Source: Phallusia mammillata
Taxonomy: Eukaryota
DNA: 64,000 bases
Assembly: GCA_965637545.1 (NCBI GenBank)
Contig: OZ281500.1
Coordinates: 23,746,001 to 23,810,000 of the forward strand
Direction: 5' to 3'
The notes under the pieces are model-generated. The model did not search any database. It saw only the letters and a list, made by a program, of their open reading frames with translations, and was not told the DNA's origin. Shown here in pieces: positions 12,902 to 24,895 of the stretch; position 1 is the stretch's first letter; each line of letters begins with the position of its first letter. A program made the position numbers and the translations under genes.

Positions 12902-13058
12902 GCATTTTCTTCCATACTTCGCTGAGAAAGAAGAATTCTGTAACATTAGCTGAGGATAATATGAACCAGTTTGAAACTTTTCAGTTCTGCAGTGAATCTT
13001 TTACCAAACAAGACAATGCACCGAACAATAGCGAGTGTTTTGTAACAATAGAACCAGC
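12902..13058 (+). CDS. Candidate upstream (extracellular) exon of the orphan membrane protein
   Basis: tttcgcag|...CCAGC|gtaagt; a single open frame (GIFFHTS...NNSECFVTIEPA) with an N-glycosylation sequon. Its phase-2 end matches the phase-2 start at 15686. Confidence 0.3.
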
Positions 13059-13667
13059 GTAAGTGTTATGTTTTTTGTGAGACTCTGTTACACCTGTTCA
13101 GATTGTGTACTATACAAAGCTGTTTTTGCATGTAACTTGTGATTGATATTGTAGCGAAAGGACCGTTTATCACAACAAGCTAAATTTGGCTACATATGCA
13201 GCCCTGTAGTTGGGTGTCGTAAATATTAGGAGTTTTTTTTATTGTTGTTGACATAAAAACGGCAAGTCGTCGCGAACAGAACTGAAATTGTGTTTCAAAT
13301 TGGGAATTGCAGCCGTATATGCGTTGCTATAAGCGCTGTGAATAGAATGGAGTTATTAAATTCAGACACCTTGAACGTGTTGTCAGTGTAGCATGGCTAG
13401 AACCTTTCATAATAACACACCAAAATATACTGATTTATCGGTCTGTTGTACTTGAAAAGATTACAGGTTCAACCGTATCGCAACGAAAGGCAAAGTTGAC
13501 AAATAGAAGTTGTAGGGACTGAAATACGGCATGTTGGTTCTCTGTCTAGGTTAGGCAAACTTGACCAAGCTGCCGACCGGTGAAGTCCAAACGTATTTTA
13601 CGAACATACTTTTAGTTAAGTTACAAATTTTTCGGTCGATAAACAAATTTTGTTTTATGTCATTACC

Positions 13668-13732
13668 CTAATGAAGGTGTCTCGTATTGGACATCGCAAC
13701 GTTGGCATATAAGTAAAAAGTGCTGGAAGAGC
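13668..13732 (+). other. Degenerate minimal hammerhead-ribozyme-like relic (Penelope/retrozyme type), copy 1
   Basis: CTAATGA-A-[GGTGTCT...GGACATC stem]-GCAAC-GTT, against canonical CTGATGA...GAAAC-GTH. Homologous to 49652-49717. Confidence 0.4.
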
Positions 13733-13743
13733 TAAAAATTTGT

Positions 13744-14449
13744 GGGTGGTACTAAATACCGCATGTTACCGCGTGGTATTCCGCTTAGAATACCGCATGC
13801 GTGTGTGAAATGTGAAAATAAGCCCCCAGAGTTGCAAGCGGGCCCAAAATCTGAGCCCGAACCCGGCCCGAACTCGAAAGTATAAGCCCGAAGCTCGGCC
13901 CGAACCCGAAACGTTTTTGTGAAGCCCGTTTAGGCCCGAAATTTTGATTGACAGGCCTATGCTGGGACCCAAAAAACAAATAAAAAAGAAAAAGGAGAAA
14001 GACAACAAACACAATGAACAATAGTAGACAATGGCGTAAACAACACGGTTTAAAGTAGAGTGGGCATTAGGTCAAAGCCAGAGACTTATTACTTAGCTGA
14101 TTTTTTTGAAAATTGGGGACACGTAATTACAAATTACGTTTTAGGCCCGTTTTCTCACAAATACCCAAGCCCGAACCCGACCCGAAAAGCCCGGCCCGAC
14201 TTGCAACTCTGTAAGCCCCAGTAAGGTTAAATTAGACCAGATTCTAGCATTATTTCAATTCCAAACCCTCACCCAACCCAAATAGCTCTAACCGTCAGCG
14301 CTTTCAAAAGTCCGCAAAATTATATTTTTCGTAAAAGCATCTTCAAGTCCTTTACAACTTCCTGCCCTGTAATAACATGCGGTCACATGCGGTATACCAT
14401 GGGGTCACATGCGGTAACATACGGTATCATGCGGTATTTAGTACCACCG
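13744..14449. mobile_element. MITE with ~21-bp TIRs and 9-bp TSD, hosting a nested MITE
   Basis: GGTGGTACTAAATACCGCATG...CATGCGGTATTTAGTACCACC; flanked by AAAATTTGT on both sides; subterminal CATGCGGT repeats. Confidence 0.75.
13827..14211. mobile_element. Nested hAT-type MITE with CCCGAA subterminal repeats
   Basis: TIR CAGAGTTGCAAG...CTTGCAACTCTG; perfect 8-bp TSD TAAGCCCC. A short relative lies at 19998-20087. Confidence 0.85.
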
Positions 14450-14968
14450 AAAATTTGTTGATATCTTATTTGTTATTAGTCATTATAACAATGGCCATGT
14501 ACAGTTACTTAATGCTGCTTCTTCATATCCTTAAACATACTTAAATAGTTTCAGCGTACCCAAGTGTACCGTTAAAGAAAATTTAATTTGTTGTTGTGGC
14601 ACAAATTAAAAAAAAACCACTGCCTCCAATGTTGGATTATAACATAAACCAGATCACCCTTGTTTAGGGTACTTACGGTTGGTTGGCCATTCGCCAAAAT
14701 AAGATGCTTCTAAAAAAAGGATGTCCGCTTGTTTCACAACAAGCAGGCACAATCGATTTTAGAAAGAGTTTCAGCTTACTAGTATAAAATGTTACATTTG
14801 CACGTTGTTAAAAGTTGTTTGTCAGACAAGATTACAAGTTCAACACTAAATGTACCCGAGCCGGCGGTACGTTTTTTATGAAATACATCAATTAATCACG
14901 CAATGGCGGACTAAAACATCAGTTTTTATCCTTTTGTTGTGAAGAAAAATTGTTGTATTCCCATACAG

Positions 14969-15183
14969 CAGTAGTTCTCAAACTGTGCGTCGCGACGCCC
15001 TGGTGCGTCGTTTCAATTTTCCAAAGGCGTCGCAGAACAATTCCGTTTCGTGGGTTTTTGTTGTTGTATCAATAAACACTACTTTAATAATAAGTTTCCT
15101 CATTAACTTTTAATTGCTGGTGCGTCGCAAGTCCAGAAAACTTTTCCAGAGGCGTCGCAACAAAAAAAGTTTGAGAACCACTG
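14969..15183. mobile_element. hAT-type MITE family C, copy 1
   Basis: CAGTAGTTCTCAAACT...AGTTTGAGAACCACTG; near-identical to 19295-19509. Confidence 0.85.
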
Positions 15184-15685
15184 ATATGCAGTATTGAAGT
15201 GATTATATCATAATCCCCAGTTTGGCGGTGTTTAACCGGGCGTAAAGATACACTTTAGGGCTTGAATTGGTCATGCTGTCGTGGTAAAAAGGCAAACAAA
15301 AAGTTCGTAGGATCAGTGGTTTACAGAAATTTTTCATCTTCAAAAGCCACCAGAAGTTAAAAAGAGAGAGAAAAAGCTTCGAGAAATTTCGCTTCACTGA
15401 TTCAAAATCCTCAAAAGGCTTGTTGTGAAAAAACGCGTGGTTTAAGCTTGTTTTTTTAATCAAACAAACATCTCTTTTAACACAAATACCTTGTAGCAAT
15501 CATTTTATCGTCCATGTGTGTTACTGTATTATAGTTGTATTAAAAAGACTGTATTAAAAAGACCAACAGTGATAGTCAGTTTAAGCCATGCTGTTGATGG
15601 TATTGATCTATTACTAAAGTTGTCATTTTTATGATTTAACTTTGTGTACGGTTTCGCATTTAAACAGACAATTTCGTTAACACAG

Positions 15686-17060
15686 ATACCTTGCAGCAAC
15701 CATGCTTCCTGACGGCGCAGTCGTTGGAATAGTGCTAGGTTGTGTTTTTGTCACTAACGCAATTTCAGTTGCTGTGACGTGGTTCCTGGCGAAACGTCAC
15801 TACCTGAAAAAGCAGACGCCAACCGAGGAACGGGTCTACGACCTGCCACCTGATTCAGTTTATCCACTACAACAAGCCCAAACGACAACCGCTACAAATG
15901 ACCATCCCCGCATGTTGCCAATAGCAACGGGTCCGAGGTCACCTGCGTCCAATGGTCGTCCGTCACCAGGACACGACGAATCGCGCGGTTTTCAGAATCA
16001 CATGTTCTATGACGACACAACAAACACCCCTCAACCCAAAAAGCGTACCACGTCACAAAGCAATGACGTCAGCATCAGACCTGTGGTCACACAAGGCAAC
16101 TCGATTACGTCACCATCTCCAAGCATTGTCGCTACCAGCAAGGTTAATATGTTGTATTTTTTTCTGAGTCTCATTTGATACATTTTTCTTCTTTGCTTGT
16201 CCAGCAAAGTAATATCATTCTTGTAAGGTATGTTACATGATTTGTATGTGCGAAAATATGTTCTTTTGAAACTGGTTTGGCTGTCGCATTTACAATTTGG
16301 TTTTGTCTGAAGAATAGTGCACCATTTGGTTTATGGGGAAAAATCAGAACAATTTATCCTTGTTCTTATTAGATTCAGTCTAAATAAGTAAGCTGCAGAC
16401 AGTGCACACAGTTTTAACCAGTGCTGTCTGATCTGTACAGCTATAGTGACAAGACAGTAGTATAGGCAGGCTACGGTCCTCTGTTTGGAATAATGACTTA
16501 AAGTCATGTAGCCATATCAAGTGGTATTTAATAAGCAGTACCAAAATTGTATTCACTAAAATTTTGGAAACTCTCATGAACCGCTCAAGCTTCTGACTTG
16601 TGGTTAAAACGGCATTAGTTTGCAAAAAAGTTTGTTTCATCTTTGTTTTGCATTTCTACAGATCAATCTTGCTCCCGTGCAAAAACCTCCAAGGAAATGG
16701 TCTCGTTCGGTGGAAGATTTGACACAACAGGGTAAAGACGTTGAAGGGGAAGACCATTACATCACTTACCAGACAGAGGACAGACACCGGGAGCGTGCGA
16801 TGTCCTTGGGACAGGACTTGGAGAGACAACATATGCAGACTGTGTCACAAGCTATAAAAGAGAGATCGAGGCCGCCTGTGGAAGCTATAAGCGACAGTGA
16901 CAGTGATTACGAACACTTGGTGGACGAACACCCAAAAATAGAGATTAAGGAAGATGTGATGCCACATAATCATGGATCTCCTCAAACTGGGAGTTATGTA
17001 GCGGCTCAAAAACCACAAATTCTTCCGAAACCTAAAAGGATGCAGGAAAACAGAATATGA
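15686..17060 (+). CDS. Orphan single-pass transmembrane protein with a tyrosine/proline-rich cytoplasmic tail (exons 15686-16142, 16662-17060)
   Basis: Hydrophobic AVVGIVLGCVFVTNAISVAVTWFLA followed by KRH. AAG|gttaat joins tacag|ATC in phase 0. The tail carries VYDLP, VYPL, HYITY, DYEHL and PKPK motifs. No family recognised. Confidence 0.6.
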
Positions 17061-17170
17061 GGCCTCTTGCACTTGCAAATGTAAATGATTTTGCAAACCA
17101 AGCTGTTACGTTTTACTGTTCGGTTTTTGCAACGTAAAGGTTATGAGTTAAAAGTCGGGTTAGTCTTAAG

Positions 17171-17371
17171 CGGTGGTTCTTAATCCCCTGGGATAGTTAG
17201 CCCCAAAGACGTTTAAAAATGACGAAGTTTTACATATTTTTGTGGGGTACTTAATTGGTACTGAAATTATCATTTTTTTACATTTCATGACGTCATACTC
17301 ATGTGATGTCAAACTTGTGGGATTTTTTATCTATTTGCATATTTTGTAATTGTTAAGGTTGAAAACCACTA
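17171..17371. mobile_element. hAT-type MITE
   Basis: CGGTGGTTCTTAATC...GGTTGAAAACCACTA; TSD GTCTTAAG/GTCTAAAG. Confidence 0.6.
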
Positions 17372-18722
17372 GTCTAAAGTTTTTTTAGCTGATATTTACT
17401 ATGCAAACCAGTTTACAGCATAACAAGTTTCCACTTAAAAGAGTCGGTGCTATAGGCAAAGACTAACGCTTGTAGTTTCGGCCCATCCCATATTACACAC
17501 TTTTGACTTTGTGTTGAATTATTACTTGACATGCGACAAATGTATTCAATAGTTTTGTGGTTAAAAATCCCACTGGAAACTTATAATGATAAGCCCTTTT
17601 CGTCACAATTCGGGGGAAACAAGCCGGAAATGTTGGCTTTTGGATTTGCATTTACTTGATGTGACTTGAAAACCATGTCTCGGTTCAATTATTGTAAAAG
17701 CCTTGCTCAAGGAGTCATGGGGGGTATTTGCCGCTCGGTTCCGCTGTTTGGCTCGCGTACAGCGAGCGACACGGAATTTTTCGTTCCGCGTGACTTTTCA
17801 TCATCATGTGACGCCTGACGTCAGAGTAGGTGTTTTTTGGGGTGCTATATTTGATGTTCAAGTCCCAAAGAAAATCTTAACAGGTTTTTCGTCACCTTGT
17901 TGTGCTTTGTACCTTTGACAGCTTCGTGTCGCAGAATAATAAGATTTAACGGTAACTGGTATCTTTAGGGAAATTTTGCAATACGTTGCTGTTTTGTATG
18001 CACTTATTCTGTTACTATATTTGTTATTTTGCTCACAATGTTCCAATGTTGACCAATTCCAGGTATTTTTCGTTATATTACTTCAATTATAGAGCAACAA
18101 AAGCCATATAATTTCATGTGTGCTATTTTAACAGTTATTTCTTTTCCATAATTTCATGTGTGCTATTTTAAGTTATTTTTTTTTCTATACCTACGTCTTC
18201 CAAGTTTAAGAAATATGCATTTTTCACGTTTTGTGAATTGGTTTACTAACTTTGACTTCAAATAAACGCTTGAAACCTGCTACATGATATATATTTTGGC
18301 AAAATACAAAAACTGCAAGAAAACAAAGCAAACACGCATTGAAGAACGCTTCACAGAACAAATAGGTTTGTTGTGCATCAACAACAATGGTGGCATTCGG
18401 TTTTATCTGTGACGTCACATAGGGTATTGAATTGTATTGTGCATTTTGATTGTATTCGCTTGTTGTCAACTGTTCTAGTTTTTGCAACTGCACTTGGTCT
18501 TCAAAAATAAAAGAAAAACACCGCATGTGAACAATTGAAAAAGAGCGAAATGGATGAAGTGAGAAATTGGAATGCTTGAAATCGACAGGGCTTTTAGGTA
18601 ACTCAATTTTACAGTTCATTGCACACAACAGATAGAATTACCGGAGAGGTACTGAAGCGTGAAATCACATGATCCCAGTTTAATTTCTACACCACTTAAC
18701 GCTTAAGCCAGTCCAGCAAAAC

Positions 18723-18881
18723 CAGTGGTTCCCAACCTTTTTCGATGAATTCCTCCCTTCACAATTCAAAACATTTTCATTCCTCCCCAATACACTGCAT
18801 AGTAGATGCTAAACCATGATACATGTAAAAATTAAAGTTCCTCCCCTCGAGTTTTCAAATCCCTCCGGCTGGGAACCACTG
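18723..18881. mobile_element. hAT-type MITE family B (internally deleted copy)
   Basis: CAGTGGTTCCCAACC...GGCTGGGAACCACTG; internal sequence shared with copies at 34481, 53875, 59105 and 62855. Confidence 0.8.
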
Positions 18882-18930
18882 GCTTAGGCAAACACGAAGA
18901 CTTGAGTTTGCGGGGAAAATATATGTTTGG

Positions 18931-18944
18931 GTTGCTATGCCAAC
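18931..18944. promoter_or_regulatory. RFX X-box-like motif
   Basis: GTTGCTATGCCAAC fits the GTTnCCATGGnAAC-type palindrome; it lies 59 bp upstream of an ATG at 19003. Confidence 0.35.
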
Positions 18945-19294
18945 GTGGTAACAGCGAAGCACTACAAAACCATACTACACGAATAAGGCGCGGTAACAAG
19001 CAATGGCTAAGAAATCAGACAACAAAACGCTACTATGTGGTTTAACAAAATATATTGGAACGCATTTATTAAAGAATATAGGTCTATTGAAGAAGGGCAT
19101 TTACAATACAGTGCAATGAGAAATAGTATAGCTTGTAAATATCATAGTTTAAGTGTCAGTTATTCTTGTATGGCTTTTACCCATCATATCTTCGATAAAC
19201 TAACGCTTTAAATCTCTCGAGTGAAGTGCATTGCAAAGTAATATGTAAGCTAATTGGTATTTTGCCAATTAAATCAAATTACTTTAGGCTACAA

Positions 19295-19509
19295 CAGTAG
19301 TTCTCAAACTGTGCGTCGCGACGCCCTGGTGCGTCGTTTGAATTTTCCAAGGGCGTCGCAGAATATTCGTTTCGTGGCTTTTTGTTGTTGTGTCAATAAA
19401 CACAACTTATAATAAGTTTCCTCATTAACTTTTTATTGATGGTGCGTCGCAAGTCCAGAAAACTTTTCCAGAGGCGTCGCAACAAAAAAAAACAGTTTGA
19501 GAACCACTG
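19295..19509. mobile_element. hAT-type MITE family C, copy 2
   Basis: Near-identical to 14969-15183; TSD GGCTACAA/GGCTACAG. Confidence 0.85.
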
Positions 19510-20296
19510 GGCTACAGCCTACAACAATACAATAGTGTTAAGGTTTTTGGCTAAACTGTGTAAACAAGGCTACAATGTCCATTAAATGTTTGTTTTTAGT
19601 GCACCATTTGAAAAAAAACTGAAAAAACAACATGTGATAGCAATAACAAATGTCTAAAAATCTACTACATTGATAACAATTGGGCACATTTTTGGCGGAA
19701 ATTATTGATGACAGTTTTTTTTCTGTCACCAGATAGCGCCATCGAACGCGATCCGACAACCGCAACAAGGCCCATACAAAAGGTAAAGGTATCAACGAAT
19801 ACAACACTTGGTGAATGCTACCATAGTGATTGGATTTGTCAACAGATTTTGAATAGGTAAATTCGCAACCTAAACCAAAATGATTTTCAGTTTGAAGTCG
19901 TAGGTGAAGAAAAAAGTTTGCATAGCCGTGTTGCACTAAATATCAGACGCTAAATCAAACTAAAATGGTTCGTGAAAGCAAAACCTTATGTTGGTAACAG
20001 AGTTGTAAGTCGGGTGCTGTTTTTCGGGTAGAATGCGGGTTTAAGTTTTAATAAACTTGTTTAATTTGGGCCTGACTTCATACTCTGCCAGATTTGTGTC
20101 GTAGTGTTTTGGTGGTTAGTATAATTCGGGCCAACATTTTACAAATATCGGGTTAGGGTGTGCTTATATCTCTAGTTTTTGTACACTACAAATGAAAGGC
20201 TACATTTCAAAAAGAATATAGTTAGCTTTTATGTCTTCGTTGCCTACTTTGATGCGGCGTGTGAAACAGAACTATCATTCCGAATTGTAGTTTGGT

Positions 20297-23200
20297 TCAA
20301 AGAATAATCTGGTTTTTCGAGTTTGCATGGATGTTTTTGTTCGGGAGGACAATACTGTTAAGAATGATAATTTCCGGGGCAACGTCAACCTCTCTACCTG
20401 AAAATGTATAACAAAGGGCTAGTTATATTATAATGCTTATGCTCGAAGTACATTTTGATAGTAAAAAAAATAGTACTGTATAGAACCAACCGAGCAACCT
20501 ACAAGTACACGATTTAACATACGCTGTCATTTAAAAAGTAGTGTTTTCCAACCACAAAGCGGTCGAGCTGGTATCAAAACCCGTAACCTTGTGAGTACCA
20601 CTCGGTTGCGTTTATAAAGGCAAAAAAACAAAAAGCCTGAAAATACAGTTGCCTAGTACATTATGGCAGTATAGATAAATTACTACTGTACAGAATCAAC
20701 CAACACGATTTAACAACTCTGTCTTTTCAAGGAGTTGTCCAAAACGTTATTTTGCTCGGAAAACACAAAAAGTAGTTGCTGGTGTTAGGATCCATAACCT
20801 TGTGTTTGTGTGTACAACTTTTCAGTTGCCCTAACCACCTATTATGTGTTTACAAAAAAAGAGTAAAACAAAATGGCTTACCTAGCACTGTGATAGAAGG
20901 TATAAGTCTACCGTCTTCGTTGAACAACTGACCACTGATGATCTTAGAGTAGGGGGCATTAGGATCAGGCTGCTGGGCGGTTCCCTCAACACGTGACCAT
21001 TCACCCACTTTACATTTCCACCCGATAATTGTATTTAACACACAACAGTGGTCCTGTAACAGTTGGAGGATGGTTTGTCAGCTAAGATGTTTTTTTTGTG
21101 TGAATGCATTATAATAGCTTGTGACTTTTTATGGGACAAATTAAACCAATACATTTATTTGTGCTACTCTTCAAAAAAGTTAGTTACATTTTTAAGAATA
21201 AAATTTTTGTGCCCAAATTAGTTTGTTAAGTTTCACAAATAACAATTCCCTTAAGTTATCGTTACCAAGAAAACAATTGCCAAAAAAGCTGTATCAACGC
21301 ATTATTACGCGAAAAAAAACATTTTTCGAAATAAAGGTACTTGTGATGATTGTACATCAGTCATATTCTTCGCCCAAAAAGTCAAGCTATATTCAGTATT
21401 GTATTTTGAATAGGATATTTTTTTCACGCACATTAAGTTTGGCTCCGGACAGAACAATGGAATTCGAAACCCGAACGCCCGCTCCAATCTCAACATTTTC
21501 ACCCAGTGTAACATTCGGACCAAGAACTGCTGTTGGGTCAACTGAAGCGCTTTCGTGGATAAAAACATCACCTGAAAAAATTAATACATTGCGTGATCAG
21601 ATATACCTAAATCGCTTATTGTACAGAATTAATTCTATTCGAATAAAGACTTGAAGATGTCACTTAGGCTAAATATTATGTGCACATTCATTTACTGATT
21701 CTGTTACTTGAATAATGTTTTCCATTTTTAGTTATTTAATCACATAAACGATGATCGCCAATGACCATGCTGTCTGTTGGAGGGTATGATACTGTTCAGT
21801 TCAAACGATGTCAGTACCTCTAATTATCGGACCGTCCGGATTTTTCTTAGCTAGAACTTCAGGTTTTGTCCGTCGATACACGGAGAGATATAACTTGTTT
21901 GCGTGGATAGCCGATCTGCATTAAGAAGAAAGAAAAGAGGTTGAAATTCGCGACGTTCCTAATATCTTTGTCGAGTTTAAATATTTTAGTGTCTCAACAA
22001 AGTCACGTTTTCCAGATTAGAACCAAAGCTGTGTGACGTCATAAACCAGTGGTTCTCAACCTTTCGTGGACCGTGGCCCCGTAAAAGTAACTTTTTGGCC
22101 TCGTGGCCCCCTTCAAGTAATCCTGTAGGACCTGTGGCCCCCTTAAATGTAAATGGCAATCTCGTGTTGGAATTCTGTACTTTAAAAAGGTCGAAATAGA
22201 GTAAACAAGAATCCGTAGTCCTGAGAAACCTCAGTATAGACAAATAGTATGTGAAATAGTCGATTAAATTAGGGAATAAAGTTAAAAAGAAAATGGCTTT
22301 TTGTGGGTGTTTCTGGTGAATCTACACCCGTGGCCCCCCTGGAGGGCCATGGGCCCCGGTTGAGAACCGCTGTCATAAACAGAGATTGGGAACTTTTATT
22401 TTCTCATTTTAGAATCAAAACATGTTTTCTCGTTATTGCAATTTAGTCTTAAGTTTTTGAAAGATTTAAAAATACACCGAGTGAAATTCAAAACCAGAAA
22501 ATTGATTCTTGGCGTAGTTCTAACAGCAATGACCTAATGGAAACCAACTAACAAATATTTCAAATTCCTAAAATTGCAACATTATTTTAGAGAATTTCGA
22601 ACTAAGGTTTCTCCATATACTTACGCGGCTGATTTAATTTGACCCCAGATCTCTTTGGTTTTGTAGACAAACATTTTTCCACTTCCGGCATATCCGGCCA
22701 ATATCTCCGTCTCAAGTTTTATTGCGTCAGGGAAGTTGCTGTCGCCCATTCCCATCTCCAAGCTGTAAAACATAGATCGTTAGATTGTCGGTTCGAACCT
22801 CAACTCGACCACTTATGTTTTCTTTATTAACAAACTTAAGATTCTTGATCACACTTTTGCCCTTTTTTAAGTAGTCAAAAATTCAAAAAGTGCAGTGAAT
22901 AATTTGTTGTGCTGTCATAATAGCCCTAGCACCCAAAAAGAACACTTTCACGTTTTTGCTCATTGTCACATATGACATGCAGCAAGATGTCAGAAAAATC
23001 AAGTTGGTAAAGTCAGTAAAAACATATGGGCATTGTTACAAACGAACCTTTCTTCTTGATGTTGTCGAAATACTTCGGCCATATAGCAGCGCAAGACGTC
23101 AGGAGTAAAAACGTAAACACCACAGTTGATAAGGGAGCTAACGAACGTCTCAGGTTTTTCCACATAATGAGTTGCTTCATTTGTGTTTTCGTCTTCAACC

Positions 23201-24603
23201 AAGCAGCCATAACTCATAGACTCACTGTGTGTGGCCTGTAACAATGAAAGTCAGGGGTGAATGTATTAGGTATGGCGTATGGGCAAAATTGTGCGTTTAT
23301 ATGAGCCATGGCATGTCTCATGCCATATTTTTTGCCAGAAACAATAGGTTCCAGCGATTCCTTGTTCACAGAAAATACTTTGTGCATTTCACAACAGCTC
23401 AGGTCTAGGTTTACTTGAACTTGTAGCAGGGGTTTGACTTGTGGATGTTATAGACAAAATAAGGACTCAAGTCAAGAAGGACATTTCTTAGAATAGGACA
23501 ATAGATTTTTCAAAGACATTGCCTTTCAAAATAAGGACAAATCTCAGAAATAAGGACGGTATGGTAACCTTGGGTATAAATCTTGATTCAAGAAATAATG
23601 GTTTTGGTTAATAAACCTAACTGGCAAACAACCCAACTTTCAAAAGACAGATGACATTTTTGTGTAGCTTTTACTTGGAGCTAAAGACCAAATAAAAATC
23701 AAGGAGCAAGCTTCTACCTCTGTAGCAACGATTGTGATTCTGTTGTCACCATTCTTAGATTGATGAAAATGCAGAATATCAGACAGTGGAAAGTTGCAAC
23801 AAACATCAGAATTGAAAACAAAGAAAGCTTCGGGTGTCCCAGAAAGAATCTGATCACGGAAATGATACAGACCGCCGGCGGTTCCTAAGGGACCATACTC
23901 AGAAAGGTACCTGAAATATTTCAATAATTAAAGTAAAATTTTACACAAAAATAACAGCATACTGATTAAATCGGCTTTCCTCCTTTAAGAGAACTTCGTT
24001 ATTTGATAAAATCAAACCACACAGTACACAAAAAAATGAACAGTATAATTGGCAACTTACTTTATGCTAAGAGAATATTTTTGTTTTGCCATGGTGATAA
24101 AACTCTTCAGCATTTCTGTGTAATGAAAAAATCCGATGAGAATTACTTCTTTGATTTCCGGAACCTGGTATCGAAAAGATAAATTAATAATATCACATTC
24201 ACATTGCAGAAGAGAAGTGTATTTATGCTCCGCTCTAGACATTGAAGATTAAAAAGCAACATTTCTTTTAAAACACAGAATAAGGAAAGTTATAGACACA
24301 GAATCAGGCAGCAAAAACCTCACAGTTGAAAATACACTAAATGAAAACAACATGGGATATTGAATGATCGAGGTTAATCGAACACATGAATAAGATTGAA
24401 AAACAAACTTACTTTAGAACAGGCTTCAATGTGATGTTGTATCATTGGAATTCCAGCTACAGGAAAAATAGGTTTTGGGACATCAAGTGACAATGGACGA
24501 AATCTTGTACCTAAAATAAAAACTTGTTAGCAGTTGTAATAATATAAAATTTACAACGCCAACCTTTGTCTGGGCCTCCAATCAAGATCACTGCCTTCCA
24601 CAT
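20297..24603 (-). CDS. GMPPA: Mannose-1-phosphate guanyltransferase alpha; exons 24603-24564, 24510-24413, 24164-24061, 23910-23718, 23235-23048, 22762-22625, 21915-21818, 21571-21432, 21053-20882, 20397-20297
   Basis: [56 protein letters not shown], hexapeptide repeats and C-terminal LNSIVLP...NQIIL*. All ten exons join in frame via GT-AG. The GGPxKGTRFRP signature indicates the alpha rather than beta subunit. An in-frame ATG at 24621 could add 6 residues. Confidence 0.93.
22047..22372. mobile_element. hAT-type MITE in a GMPPA intron
   Basis: CAGTGGTTCTCAACC...GGTTGAGAACCGCTG; perfect TSD TCATAAAC; GTGGCCCC subterminal repeats. Confidence 0.85.
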
Positions 24604-24895
24604 ATTGTTTTGGATCCGCATTGAAAAAAGTTTAGCAGATTTATTTTATTTATAGCTGTAAGTATGTATGTCATATCTGTGTACCAAAAACACACAATCA
24701 TTTGTACCGCATATTTTTCACACACAATTGCACAATCACAACAATAACGACTTTCAAAAACCAGGGTTTAAAAAAATTACTGCTGTTATTTATTCAAAAC
24801 AAAACATGTTTCTCATTGCAGTTTGCCAAAAAATCACTTGAAGACAACTTATTACATTTGCATAAATACACTTCAAATTTACAACAACATTTCAT

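Noticed and set aside
18224-18628. 134-aa minus-strand ORF
   Set aside because: No family match or supporting exon chain; the composition fits AT-rich non-coding DNA.
19538-20187. Possible third operon gene on the minus strand after GMPPA (acceptor at ~20187, MLARIILTTK..., ORF 19538-19936)
   Set aside because: The apparent donor is the TIR of a MITE relic (19998-20087) and exon phases do not join. Plus-strand splice signals explain the region better.
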